Assembly: GCA_002633005.1 (NCBI GenBank) | Contig: NMRA01000058.1 | Location: forward strand, 1,081,658 to 1,145,657 | Length of the DNA stretch: 64,000 nt | Source: Phoronis australis | Lineage: Eukaryota > Animalia > Phoronida | Direction: 5' to 3' | Part shown: positions 39,180-52,045 of the stretch, piece after piece | Layout: every line of letters begins with the position of its first letter | How positions within the stretch are numbered: the stretch's first letter is position 1 | Notes under the pieces: model-generated | Databases searched by the model: none | Seen by the model: the letters and a program-made list of their open reading frames with translations, nothing else | Told to the model about the DNA's origin: nothing | Program-made: the position numbers and the translations under genes

Positions 39180-40085
39180 AAAGAAAATGCGTTCACCTCA
39201 AATCGTAGACACGCGGCATTGGACAAATCGACTTCCCAAAATTTAATTTCCTCAGGCCTTTCCGTCACTTCAGCATCAATGGAAAACGTTAGTAACAATG
39301 TGAACAGTTCGCCGCATTTCCTACGTATTTCCCCAAATTTGTGGTCCAACTGAACGTTTAAGGGACCAACAGATATCGTAGTCACGTCTCGAAGGTAGCC
39401 GGTAGTGTTCCTGTACGGATTTACTAGCAGCATAATCGCGATGCACTCGTCTGTTTGATTCTTGGGTTCTTGGCGCACCAACTGTAGTTTCGAAAAGACT
39501 GCTATTCGGATGACGCTATCAAATTAGTTGTCAAACTCCTCTTCAGTCTCTGTTCTCGTGCTTTTCGTCCGCTCCTTGCATTCACCAGTCGCCTTATAGT
39601 TTATAAGCATCACTTACATGTATGCACCAATAGATCTCTCTTCTTGAATTTTGATATTGTGTGATCAATTTCCATCTCAGTTCGTGTGGCTACGAATGAG
39701 ATATGAACGACGTAATGTAAAACTTGCCAATATACCTTGGGTCTTCGTTCTAGTTTTTTTGATCCTACCTCGAACCTCGCCTGAGACTATTATATACGTA
39801 TACGTTTCAAGCAAAATCAAACATTACTTCAAAACATTCAAACAGATACATGTATTCGTACACATAAAGCATCAAAACAAGTATGCCGTTCAACCCAAAA
39901 GGTTTCGCACAGACCAGCAACTTGTTTCACTTTTCATCTCGCGTGAACTTTTTGAAGAAATCGTTGTCGTTTTGGACATGTGTCGATTAACATGAAAACT
40001 GCGTTCAGTGTATCAATTTATGGCTGTGATGATGCAGGCACTAGCAATACTGGGCTTGAGAACGCAATGGTTGCCAGGCGAGGAT
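39180..40085 (-). mobile_element. hAT transposase relic (THAP12/PRKRIR-ZMYM1-like)
   Basis: Minus strand: PKRQRFLQKV..GLCETFWVERHTCFD (canonical LCxTRWVERH), then RTETEEEFDN..QLDHKF. Contains stops and frameshifts; truncated at n 40086. Confidence 0.75.
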
Positions 40086-41326
40086 NAAAGTATTAGCCAT
40101 GATTTTGCCGTCAGACATTTGTACCCCCGAACTGCCAAATGTAATCTAGGAGAATTGTAGGGGGGCATGGTCCCCTGGCCCCCTCTCTAAATCCGGCACT
40201 GGTTACAATGAACGTGCAAAGCACAATTTGACCTATCACAAGCTCCACCCCTATGCGAAAAGACACGTGATACCCAGCAAACAAACAAGAGGCAAATACA
40301 TTATCGCTAAACGAGGTTCTTGGTGGAATCGACGAGTGCACTATCCGAAAATGCTTCAACAAAGACAACAGACGATACATTAATTGATTCATTTGAAAGG
40401 GTATGACGGTTTCATCAATGAATAGACCTCTAAAGTACTGGTTAACATCTCCCTTGAATTTTTAGAAAAAACGGCATGGGCCGTAAGACGCGTAAGCGTA
40501 GAGAATGTATCGACGATTCTAATTGGTTAACTTATGTCAAACATATAATTTGTCAGAAATGAATAAAATAGTGATGGGCATTTATCTTATTTATATCCGA
40601 TAAAACAGTGCTATGGTTGGTTTTAATGAATTACGTACGATATTATTCGAGAACTAAGTCAGATATAAATTACGCTATACCAGGCATAATTATTTACGCC
40701 TGACATAATACATGATTTACGACTGAAATAATTCGGAGTTATGACATAATTCGGAGTTATGTCAAACATAACTCAGAATTATGTCGCGCAGTGCTAACCA
40801 TATGCGGTCACATCTTGTGAAGGCCTGAAATCGCCTTTAATTGGATGATGGAACAACTTGACACCAACTTAACAACGGTAAGTTGTCTAAATAAAGAGTT
40901 GTATTTTGTGATGGAAGGCAGGTTAATTGTTGCTTCAAAGTATCAGTAAAAGACTCAATGAAAATAAAACAAAATTAGCCAAAACAATTTATTTTGAACA
41001 AGCGTTTCCCCGCTGGCTCGGGATGTAGGAGTTTTTAAGGCTATAATCTTACATTTTTTCGCCTATGATAAACCAAATGAATATCTTTGCAACACTTTTA
41101 CTTACAATATATCCAAAACAATCATTTAACTTCAATTTCAAAACTCTTCGTATGAGACAATTTCGCTTCAAAATGAAATGATCTCCCTCATATACAGTAG
41201 CTTCAACGTTGCTCGCGATGACCTTCCCGCCAAGCCCCAAGGCCCAAGGTCAAGAGAATTGATTGACCATAGCAGTTTCCTTGCTTATACCTTAGGAGCA
41301 ATATAAATAAAAAGTGCTCCAACGTT

Positions 41327-41495
41327 TCAGTCGACCGGAGTAACATTTTCCTCAATAGGTGGCTGATGTCCCACGTCTACCATAATGTGCGTGTAGAGTT
41401 TATGTTCACGGACACTCAGAATTGTGGTGTTAACAGAAGACAATCCTTCACTATTGGAGCGATCCTTCCTCATCTGGGCTCTCGATAAGTTGTAC
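41327..41495 (-). CDS. GT7 gene B last coding exon
   Basis: RYNLSRAQMRKDRSNSEGLSSVNTTILSVREHKLYTHIMVDVGHQPPIEENVTPVD*; ttacAG acceptor. Confidence 0.93.
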
Positions 41496-41894
41496 CTGTA
41501 AAAAAAGAGGTATCTATAATTCACTAGAACAGTACACGTCATTAATTGATATACGTACGCGCAGCTTAGCATATAGACACTACTGACCTGGTGTCGGGAA
41601 ATTAAGGAGAAATCAGCTGATGGTCAATAGGTATAAACTTTGAATTTGGGCATTGTCTTACTCATCACCAAAGTTCGAATCCAGACTTCACCGATTACTT
41701 TCCTTTGATGCTGCCGCTGTTGTCCGTATCATGGAAACTCATGAATTTAAAGCAAAGACGCTAACATTTTGCAAACCGTCACAACAATAGCGGATTTGCA
41801 GCGACGCCATATTGAAATTAGGTTAAATTGGTGCATTGTGGGTGCTGTGGTCAGGATTCCGAAAGCGGCCATAGTAACAAGCATAGTACGGGGT

Positions 41895-42910
41895 ATGAGC
41901 GCGAAGAAAACTTACGGCGGATACACTTGTTGTGTTCCTGGCTGCTTCAAAAACAACAAGAGACATAAAAATCTGAGTTTTTTGTGTTCCCTGCAAACCA
42001 AGAACTTCGTGAAAAATGGATAAACAACATTAGGAGAGCTGGGAGTAAGGGGAGATTTAGCGCATTAAAACCAACGCGGGGCCATCTAGTAGGCAACACG
42101 AAGCCCCTCGGTTGGCCATATATGGGCTACAATACTTCCATTCGCTTTCTGTACTCATTTCGTTACTTTAGTGTATTTTAAACGGGCCGCACCGGATTTG
42201 GGTTACCGATTTCGAGTTTTCACCTTGTCAAAAAATACATTCTACACTTAAAACTGTCATTTAAAAAAACGCTTTCTTTCATCATTGGTCCTTTCTACTT
42301 CTATACATATCTTTGATGAAGCTTAGTTGTGAAAATTAAGTTGACTTTGGCGAAGAATTACAACTCCACTTTTTGGTTGCCGTTAATTTTATCACCGCGT
42401 GCGCGATAACCACAAAGTATGTCACTCAACTGAATCACGTGAGTTAGGCAAATGTTAGCGCGAGACTGAGCGAAGCGCGTGACGCTAGCGTGCGACACTT
42501 GTATTGTAAAATAGCACGAGAAGGCGTCAGGCAAAACTTGTAAGATGTGTGTCCCTTGGACATTTTATTCGTCAACATGCGTAATTTCACGTAACTTCCT
42601 CAAAATGGCACCCGGTAACTGAGAGAAACTCGAGCAAACCGCGACAGATTTTCATCGATTTGTTCAAGTTTTGCTAACTTAACTGTATCCAGAGTCTTGG
42701 TATGTGTTAATTATAACTCCGTGTTCCTGTATGTATGGTTCATTTGATTTTATTTGCTGTATTTTGAAATGAGTAACTTTTTGTGAGGATGTACTATCAC
42801 CCCTGAATGCCTGCGGCATCCAGTGCGATGTAATTGCCTAGGGGCCATGGTGTGTGCATCGAACATTTTCCTGGTGGAAAAAAGACGTATGAGAACAACA
42901 TTCCGACGGA
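41895..42910 (+). pseudogene. THAP (C2CH zinc finger) domain, frameshifted and split by an insertion
   Basis: MSAKKTYGGYTCCVPGC..LSF/VFPANQELREKWINNIRR..PTRGH [insert] GVCIEHFPGGKKTYENNIPTEFP. Confidence 0.85.
42090..42840. mobile_element. hAT-like MITE with 8-bp TSD, nested in the THAP ORF
   Basis: GGGGCCAT at 42078-42085 and 42841-42848; termini TAGGCAA / TTGCCTA (4 extra nt, CTAG, on the left). Confidence 0.8.
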
Positions 42911-43911
42911 GTTTCCTCTTAAAATTAACGTCTCTAGCATATCCACGGCGAAAGCTACAAATGTTAAGCAACCCAAGAACTCTCAACTTGCTTGGTATTA
43001 TAAAGCCGAAAATGAAACATGGTTTTTAGTTTGCAAATCACTCCAAATGCACACACTATCCAGCCTCCTCAAGACATGCCTGACCACAAGCTATCCCATG
43101 AGCCTTTGCGCAGGAAGTAACTCGCACATGCGCAATGCGTAGTTCGTTTGCGCTGCAAATCCGCTATTCACCATGTTGCACTTTAGTTATGTATTCAGAA
43201 CTTAGAGGGCGCTAGTGCAATATAGTCTCTAGGCTGAACCAGCATACGGAATTAGTTGCACGTGTCTATTCGCGAACCATTTGAGTAAAACCACGATTGA
43301 AAGTGGTGTTCCGGATATATGCGTACCCCATTTATTTTTTATAATATTCTCAGCTATTTGGTCGAACACTGTAGTAAAGAATTTTGGGAGTGATATAGGA
43401 TAACATAAAACATGTACACCTACTGAATGTACATGTATTTAGCATTTTAGTAAGTAAATTAAGTAGTAGCAAGGGATTTTGGTGAACCAGTTTGTGGTTT
43501 TGGCGAGGTCCGCCACTCCATCTGTGGTGGAAGACACAGTGGCTATGGTAAACGCCAACAGACGACCCAGGGCATAATCAATTTGACAAAATAGCTAAAT
43601 TCACTGGATTGGCGTCTTAGTAAGTAGATACATGTATATGCCAAATGTTTAACAAAGCCTACGGTTCATCTGTAATCCTCAGGGCCATTAGCACATGTAA
43701 TGGCATGCCTTCCTTTAACACGTACTAATATTATACATTTTATTTCGCGTTCTTCGATATGACAACATTTAGGCACTGCTGGAAGACTACCAAATTAATG
43801 AAAAAGAGAAGTTATGTATTGTATAACACAATTCTCAGTGACTGCAGTATTACATTTACCCAAGGTAACCACATTTGCAAAAACAATCTTTGTCTCTACT
43901 ATCAAATGTAC

Positions 43912-44019
43912 CTTGCTGCCCAACCTTTGTCTGTTTTCCTGCGTGATTTGTGTTGCAACATAATGTACCTTGCTATTTTTATGGGTGGCCTGTCGACAGT
44001 CATGTTATGATGCACGAAC
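43912..44019 (-). CDS. GT7 gene B exon 5
   Basis: RFVHHNMTVDRPPIKIARYIMLQHKSRRKTDKGWAAR; tttcAG / GTACAT; 108 nt. Confidence 0.93.
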
Positions 44020-44872
44020 CTGAAATTACATCAGTTTGCGTGAATTCTCAATATTCCATTAAAGCTGCCATTTTCTTAAAATCATAATTGGATGTTCTAA
44101 ACAGCACATTTCGAAGTGCATTAATATTTCTTAAAACGAAACCAGCTTTTGTGCTTTGAATCATAAATTACTCTAGCGTAGCGTGAGATCACAGACATAA
44201 CAAGTTTGTATAGAATTCAAAATAAGCATCAAGTAAATGGTACGTTGTAAGACTGGATCCGTTCTTTTAAATTTTGCTAGAACAAAACTCAAGGCCCACA
44301 TTTGTGATACATGTAACATTAATTTGTGTGCCGTGAACCAAAAGGCGGGTTTATGACGCAAGATCCAGAGACTAGTTGATTAACAGGTATGGTGCTCTGC
44401 TAGAAGATCTCAGCAGAAGAGTCGGCCAATAAAATACGCTATTGACAGGCTTTCGGTTTACGGCCGAAAAACGCATTTTTGTATTACTCTTGGGTGGGAT
44501 AGACTTCTTGTTGAAGTTATTAGCTTCGACCAGAGATGTAAAACAACAAAGTTCGCCAACTCGTTGAATTCGAGGCCAGTGCAGTTACGCACGCCTACAA
44601 CACTGCCTTTTATCGTTTTATCGACTGGGATTTAACAGCATTGATACGAAAACGTATGGGTTTTCAAAGCTATTTTTAATGTCTACATTTTGTTATAACA
44701 TCCTTTTAAACTGTATCTCCTCCGATATCATGGTACTACGCCAATTTACATGAGGAGGCGGCGAAATACATGGCGGAATAATGCTCTATTTCAGAACTAA
44801 ACTTGAAGTGTATACCCATTGTAGATGCAGCCCCACGTGTTTTATAAAAGCAATCATCGCCAACGGACCTAC

Positions 44873-44995
44873 CTCCACCACAAGTCATCGTCCTCCGCTC
44901 CCCAACCCCAGAACAGATTTGAGTAGCCGTTCAACACTCGCACATGTTCAGGTGTTAGATTGAGTACTCCGCCTATTAAAGTATCGTAGTTCTTC
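44873..44995 (-). CDS. GT7 gene B exon 4 (WGWGAEDDD)
   Basis: KKNYDTLIGGVLNLTPEHVRVLNGYSNLFWGWGAEDDDLWWR; ggcAG / GTAGGT; 123 nt. Confidence 0.95.
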
Positions 44996-45479
44996 CTGCC
45001 AATAGAACAACGCAGATACATCACTTCATTACCCATTTTGTAACGCCATATATGTATTTTTTCATTTTTTATAAGTTTATTTGCAGAAACTGAAATTAAC
45101 AATGGAGTAGAAAAAACAAACGTAAACACATTCACTCTCACATTCACACATTCCAGCTCTGCTTGAATTCATACTTAATGTACATGTATAAGGGTTTCAA
45201 AAAATCCCAGCAAGTGAAGGGGTAATTCTCTAGATTTCATGCTTTTCCATGTCTTGACAGTGTCAAATAAAATTGAGTGAAATCTCTGAAGTACAGGAAT
45301 GCATGAAGACTTCGAACAACTATATGTAAAGTACTGAGCTAACGTTTATATATGATTAATTTCGTAGCCATGATCTCCAAAATATGCAAATAGCAGGACA
45401 CGCTTTTCAACCAGTAACAAGTCGTCTCCAACGACGTTTGAAATCCAAGTTTGTAATTTATTTCAAAGGGAAAGTACAT

Positions 45480-47120
45480 GCTCACATTCCAAAAACAAGT
45501 GATTAAAAGTTTCAACGAGTCCGCAAAATGAGCATTTGCCGTTTTGAACTATTTTCATTTTCTTTAAAAATACTTGTGTAAACTTTTTTATGAATGTGAT
45601 AATACTTAAAAACTTTAAAATGAGGTTGGTGCAACAGTTTAAGAGGCATAATATACACCTGTTTAATTTGCTGGTCAGTAAAAAATAATTCTAATAAACT
45701 GTGCTCTACATCAGGAACTGATGTCTCACTGGAAAGTAACACATCCTTTGTCCATCGCATATCAATCTGATCCAGTGCAAAGTCGTGCATGCTGCTGGCT
45801 CTATCATTAATCGGACTATCTGAAATTTTCGTTGCCTTGGCCAGAGCAATGTACGTTATCCAAATGCTTAATTTGTACCTTTCCTTTAAAACCTCCCAGG
45901 ATAATAATTTATTTTCGAAATCTAATAAGTCTTGAACGGAAACAGTTCAGGCATTGTAATAGCTGATGTAGGACACAGTTTTTCCATTTATCAAATTGAT
46001 TTTTCAAACCAATATTCTTATGTGAGTAGTCTGTTATTTGCTCCCAGAACCATTACACATCAGAGTATAATAGCATATAAGCATAATTAGATTTTAAGAT
46101 TAAATAACCTTCATACTTTCTACAAACATATTTAGGAAATATATCCCATTCATTATTTTTCCTTCTAAAAACCGTTTATTCCATTTAATTAACAAGGACT
46201 TATAGAAAATGTTGACTTCTGGAACAGCTAAGCACCCTCTTTCCTTACTATTTACAGCAATATCTCTTCTAACTCTTGGGGATTTATTTTGCAATATGAA
46301 ACCCTGGATAACATTGTTTATCTTCCGTCGTTTGTTAGGAGGCATACCTAATGTATTCATAACATAAATTATTTTGGACATAGCAAAAGATTTGATCACC
46401 TCAATTCTACCTCGTAAGGAAATATTGCGGCTTTTCCATACATCTAATGTTTTTTGAAATTTTTTATTTTTTTCATCATAATTACGGGCACCGTTTCTTT
46501 CCTTGTTGTGCCCAAAACATACGCCCAATCAATTGACTGGCTTTTCAGACCATTTAAAGCTTCGCAAAATTTCATTGGACTTCTTATCCTTGCCAATATT
46601 GAGACCTTCACACTTATTTGCATAACTTTAATCCAGAAACTTGGCAAAAACTTTGAAGGAAGTCTGGTAAATTGGAACCCGATGTCTTTTTTTGAAGAAA
46701 TATTGTTGCATCGTCAGCATACTGCTATACATTAAATTAATATCCTTTAATAGCAATATCTCTAATTAAATTATTGTTTCTAATATAATTCGCCATTGCT
46801 TCGACACATAAACAAAATAACTGACCTGACAATGAGAATCCTTGTCTGACACTTCTTTTAAGTATAACATAGTCAGTGGACAGATCATCGTTAATCACAC
46901 AGGACCGGGGTTGTTATAAAGAATGTTAACTCATTTTTTAAAATTGGGGCCAAAACTAAAGGCATGCAAAACCTTATATACAAATTTCCATTCAACTGTG
47001 TTATAAGCTTTTTTGAAGCCGGTCCAAAAATAGGATGTGACCTTGAACTTTATTCAAGTTCGTATATGCAATAACATTTTCTGTTATTCTTATATTGTAA
47101 TCAATAAATCTCCCTTTAAC
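45480..47120 (-). mobile_element. 5'-truncated L1-Tx1-type LINE relic (RT domain) in gene B intron 3
   Basis: FKKAYNTVEW..FGPNF, RSVRQGFSLSGQLF, QYADDATIF (YADD at 46710-46721), WKSRNISLRGRIEVIKS..GCLAVPEV..LLIKW; contains stops. Confidence 0.9.
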
Positions 47121-48085
47121 AGCACACTGATTATATGTATCAACTGCTGCATACACATATTTAAACGTGACGTCAGAACCTAGGTTAATAGTTCGTAACC
47201 AATGTTTAACAATGTTGTATTCTATTCAGTGTTTTGTGGAAACGAAGTGAGTCATCGGAAACATAAAACTGGTACAAGAAGGTACAAGAGTACATGTATG
47301 GCCGTTGCCGAACCCGCCCAAAATCATTATGATCCACAACTTATATCGTTGAACAGAACTTGGACAACAGGTATCCGATTACTCGGAAGTTTAGACACAA
47401 AAATATCCAGAACTGGCCTCTCCCAGCCACCCTGTCATAATCAGATGAAAAGCAAATGGTATCTTATTGTTCTGCGGGTGCTACATGATTGTGGATTGTG
47501 AGCAAAACAGATCGGGGCTTCTGGGGATCACTTATTGACACGCTTTGATCACCAGAAATCATGAAATTGACTTTCATCTTTGAAAATTTAAAACCAGCCA
47601 TCTTTCAGTTGATGTACTTCACTGTTGAACAAAAGTTTGTGAAAGTTTTTCCAGCAGCTAAGTAGATGTCATACGGGAACGCTTTGCCCCAATCCGTCCC
47701 GGTGCTGAAACCAATTGAAAATCATCTGTCATGACAGTTCTATTCATGACCTGCACCACTATTGCATCAATGCTCCAGATATACTGTTGGTTTCATTTCA
47801 ATTGTATCTAGTTGTACTCGTGGAATAAAAGAATGGAAAAGCGCCCTTAAAATCCAGCCATGCGTCGCGAGTTATGAATCGGTACTTCGGACAGGATGCC
47901 AGTAATATGCACTCGCACACAAAATAGAAGGGGATACGCAAACAGGTGATCAGATTCGTGAACAAACAAGTTGTTGTAAGCGTAAAAGAATTCTAAAGGA
48001 ATGTTAGTCGGCAATGAAAGGAATATTACTATAGTCCCCAACTAAGAGAAAATGCTTATAACTTTGGAAAGTCTCTCATACTTAC

Positions 48086-48273
48086 TTGAAATTGAAAACG
48101 TCTATTGCCACAGATAGATGGCGCGGAAGCGGCGAGCACGTGTACATGTTCCTGTTGTCTATTGGAAGTAGATCTACATCGTGGAAGCTGACACAATCCA
48201 TATGGAATGTTTTGTTTGCAAACATGAAGCCTGTATTGTACAGTGCACCTTTATTGAAGTACTCATTGCCAGT
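48086..48273 (-). CDS. GT7 gene B (paralog) exon 3 (DxD motif)
   Basis: TGNEYFNKGALYNTGFMFANKTFHMDCVSFHDVDLLPIDNRNMYTCSPLPRHLSVAIDVFNFK; ttttAG / GTAAGT; 188 nt as in gene A. Confidence 0.95.
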
Positions 48274-49714
48274 CTAAAAGACACGAAAATATCATTTAAA
48301 ATGACCGTAAAGAGCCGCTGGATCTAAAACACCTGCAGAAGGGCAAAATCATCATTCATTCCTGCAGGTAACAGTACCATAGATTAACAAGAGGTCATAA
48401 TCAATACATATAATTCTCGCGTAACGGGGACATTGGATTTCATCAAAAAACCTCTAGGACTGGAACGCCAACCCGCGCGCGTGACCCATGCATTGTAGAG
48501 TTAGACCTCCTGGTTTCACGGGACTGGTCGCGAGAGTTTGCACTGTGATTTTCCGGCCATCTGCTGCACTGAGTTTTTATCGAGTGATGCAGTTATCAAT
48601 TGAAGCCTAAATTCACTGCTTCATTCTCATTTTGTCATTTTCGAATGGAATTATCAAGCGAGATTCTTGGGGTACGGTTTCAGCCAACCCGCGATTTTTT
48701 AGCAATATTAGTCAACATACCCATCAATAATTACCCTGGTCATTCTTAGCACACACCAAACCGTGGCCCTGGCTAGATGCTGGACATAGTCTGGCCACTG
48801 ACATATTTTCAACTCCAATCTGAGACCCATTCGTGACAATCAACCAAACTACATGTGGGGAATTTTTCGACTGAACATTTTTGAGTAAAAATCACGCCAC
48901 GTGACTTATTGCGTGCAACGCCACCTGTTAGCCCTAAATCAAGTGGATACCTGTTGGCAAATGGGTCAATCATCGGGAACGGGATGACTTCGCCCATCGG
49001 GTTCTTGAATATTGGCGTTTCCGCCAACAAAGGACAGTATTTTAAGAAATAAATCTCAGTGGTAAATGTACTTTTACACTAAAATTCATTTAACTTTAAC
49101 AGGAATGTTTACCTATTCCTCGAAATTGACAAAACCAAGTTTCGTACAATGATTTTTAAAAAGCGTAACTTCAACTGATTTTTGTTACTTTAGATGTAGT
49201 TTGCTAACCAGATAGTCCGAGAAAAGCCTTAACAAAATAAGAAAACGCGAGTTCAATCACCAAAATGTAAGCCCGTCAAATGATAAGTGAAGAGAACTTT
49301 TCGAGCCATGTTGCGTCACCGCGACATCCCAGCACAAGCAACAAAAGGCTATATTGAATAGGGGTCTGAATGGAACACCATCGCGTGCGGGTGTTTTTCG
49401 CAGCTGTTTGAATTAAAAGGTGATTCTCGCGGTGACGTGGACAAAAGCAAGCCAATACGCCTAACAGTTCGTTACAATTGGCAATTTATGGCACTAGTGG
49501 ACAATCCTGTGCAAAAAAGTACTGACGTAAATTATGAACATGTATGCCATTTCTTAGGTGGTGGACTGCAACATTTCCGACGATGTCTGCGCGTTACCTG
49601 CATAAATTATTATTAAAGTTTCATTTTGGAATGAATGATGAAAACAAAACACCTGACAAATTAAATGAAAGCGCTCGGCGAAATTGAAGGAAAAGACGAT
49701 AATGGAGTTCATGA

Positions 49715-49770
49715 AGACGATGAGGATGATGATGATGATGGTGCTGGCGATGATGAGCATGATGATGACA
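49715..49770. repeat. Imperfect (GAT)n microsatellite
   Basis: GACGATGAGGATGATGATGATGATGGTG..GATGATGA. Confidence 0.75.
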
Positions 49771-50184
49771 TTCATAGGACGAACGAAGATGTCAAAAATG
49801 TGTAAGAAATAGGCTACAGTCTTGTTCAATATAAAGCAAACCAACAAAAGTGCAGCAAAATCAGTTAACCAAAGAACAGCGTTATCAGAAATCTCGAATA
49901 ATTCAAGAAGTGAACGTCCTAGCGAAAAATGGAAAACATTGTTTGAAAGCCCGTTGAAAACTCTATCGAGCAAGGTGGTTTCAAAAAATTCGGTAAAATT
50001 TTCAAAAAGTTTCAAATTTTGCCCTTTTTTTTAAACTGAAAGTCAACAACAGTAAATAGGAGAAAAAATGTTTCAGTTCATTTGAAAGAGTATACCTTAG
50101 AAAGTCCACATGAAAGCATTCACGTCATTTGCTCTTCCCGTTTAAAATGGCACCCCTGCACGCCATTTTGAAAACAACTCGATG

Positions 50185-50620
50185 ATAGAAACAAAACCCA
50201 AGTTAAGAACATACGTTGTATTTAAGCACGAGTATTTAACTGAATCGTCGTATGTGAAGCTTAATTTAACTCGTTCCGAGCGATCTCTTTAGGCTCAGTT
50301 TAGAGCAGGAAATCTCCCATTACACTTGGAAACCGGTTGTTACGTAAATACTTCTGCAAGTGAAATACTTTGCTTGAGTTTGTGATTCTGATTCTGTGGA
50401 GGATGAACTGCATTTTGTGTTTGATTGTTCTCTTTATAACTCACGGAGGTCTATATAATTCTATTTCATAGTGTTTTACTTCAAGTCCCGAACTTAGCAG
50501 ATTTCAAAAGATTAGATACCTTAAAACTACTGTTTCGGTATTTCTCTAGGCTATTCACCAAATATATCAAGTTTGCTGTTGAACTTAGAAACCGTCGCAT
50601 TTATGGTACATCTGAGTTCT
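50185..50620 (+). mobile_element. RTE-X-like LINE 3' fragment
   Basis: KPKLRTYVVFKHEY..ERSL*AQFRAGNLPLHLETG..VCD..VEDELHFVFDCSLY (C-terminal CCHC-type motif). Confidence 0.8.
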
Positions 50621-50705
50621 GTAGTTAAGTGACTAATAAGCCCAACTAGACTGGGTACTTATTTTTCTTAAGAATGTTGTACCTATAACTGTTTCAATTG
50701 ATTGT

Positions 50706-51215
50706 GGCGGTGGACAGGATTGTTCATCCATGAACAACCCTGCCCATTTGGCACATACTGAACCACAATACCGCGTTCCTTAGAATATTTCTTTTGTATC
50801 ACTCCGGCTGGTCTGCTCACTCAGCTTGACCGGAACCTTCTTTGTAGGTTGTTATAGTCTAGTTGGCTGTTTGGTGTACCCACTTGGTACTTTATATGAT
50901 ATTTGCGAATTTGGCAGTTCATACCCATTTGATATTTGCCGTTTTGCTCGACCCACTTGGTAGGCAATCAGCCAATACCCTTTTGGCATGATGTACCCAT
51001 TTGGCGATATGCTAACCTATGCCACTTAGTATCCGATACTCAATTACACATTGGGTACCGTAAATGTGTGTGTTATCTCTTGTAATTAAGGAACACATCT
51101 TTAAGGAATCCATCTGGTTCATACTGTGAAATAATTCTTTGTAGAGCTGTGACCCTGAAATTCCCAATACAACTTAATATATATTATTCTTGTGTTGTTT
51201 TATTTGTCCCTATAA
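50706..51215 (+). repeat. About 0.5-kb interspersed repeat, copy 2
   Basis: Colinear with 37681-38195. Confidence 0.9.
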
Positions 51216-51661
51216 TAATGAGATTCATGGCACTCTGACATAAATCCTATCATTTGGGCAAATACCATTCTACATCCCATCAAGCTTCATATCCAACTCC
51301 TAGTTAGTTCTTACGCAGTCCAATGGTAGCGCTGTCTGTTCTGTCTCTCCAGCTTCCTGTTGGCCCAGCCTCAAGCAACAGTACATTCACGCGTAAGTTT
51401 TCCCAATTAGACAATTTTATACCTATCCCACCTCCCCTACCTAGGTTCAATCAACTGTTTTATACCTATCCCACCCTCCCTACCTTGTGTCGAACAAAAT
51501 CTGCTGCTGGTTATTGCCGTTATTGCAGTCACTGCTGGTACCTCCTTCAAGCCCAGAGCGTTACCGTCACGCAAGAGAAGGCGTCATTGGCTAGCGACCA
51601 GACCTGTGCTCGAGAGTCCATCGCTGCAGATTGTCTCCCTTCACCCCGGTCACAGCTCTCA

Positions 51662-52045
51662 GCACATACTGAGCCACAACACCACGCTCCTTGCAATATC
51701 TCTTTTTATCACCCCCCCTGGTCTGCTCACTCAGCTTGTCCGGAACGTGCTTTGTAGGATTTTATAGCCCAGTTGGCTGTTTGGTGTACCCACTTGGTAC
51801 TTTATATGATATTTTCCCATTTGGTAGTTTGTACTTATTTGGTACTTGTTATTGAATTTGCCGTTTACTTCGACCCACTTGGTAGGCAGTCGGTCAATGT
51901 GTGTGTCATCTCTTAGAATTAAGGAACCCATCTGGTTCCTTTTGTGAAATAATTATTTGTAGAGCTGTGATCCTGAAATTCCCAATACAACTTAAAATAT
52001 GTTTCATTCTTGTGTTTTCTTCGTCCCCAATAATTTTACTTGTCA
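51662..52045 (+). repeat. About 0.5-kb interspersed repeat, copy 3 (5'-shortened, internally deleted)
   Basis: Colinear with copies 1 and 2. Confidence 0.9.

Larger units (their letters stand above)
41786..43168 (+). mobile_element. Non-autonomous THAP-encoding DNA transposon (PIF/ISL2EU-like) in gene B intron 5
   Basis: TIRs AATAGCGGATTTGCAGCG / CGCTGCAAATCCGCTATT enclose a disrupted THAP ORF. Confidence 0.75.

Noticed and set aside
47540-47800. LTR-retrotransposon RNase H relic on the minus strand
   Set aside because: Only a vague resemblance to the DAS..G..IAFASR pattern, with multiple stops.
49554-50015. 153-aa hydrophobic ORF
   Set aside because: The hydrophobic run derives from the (GAT)n microsatellite read on the minus strand; there is no domain signal.
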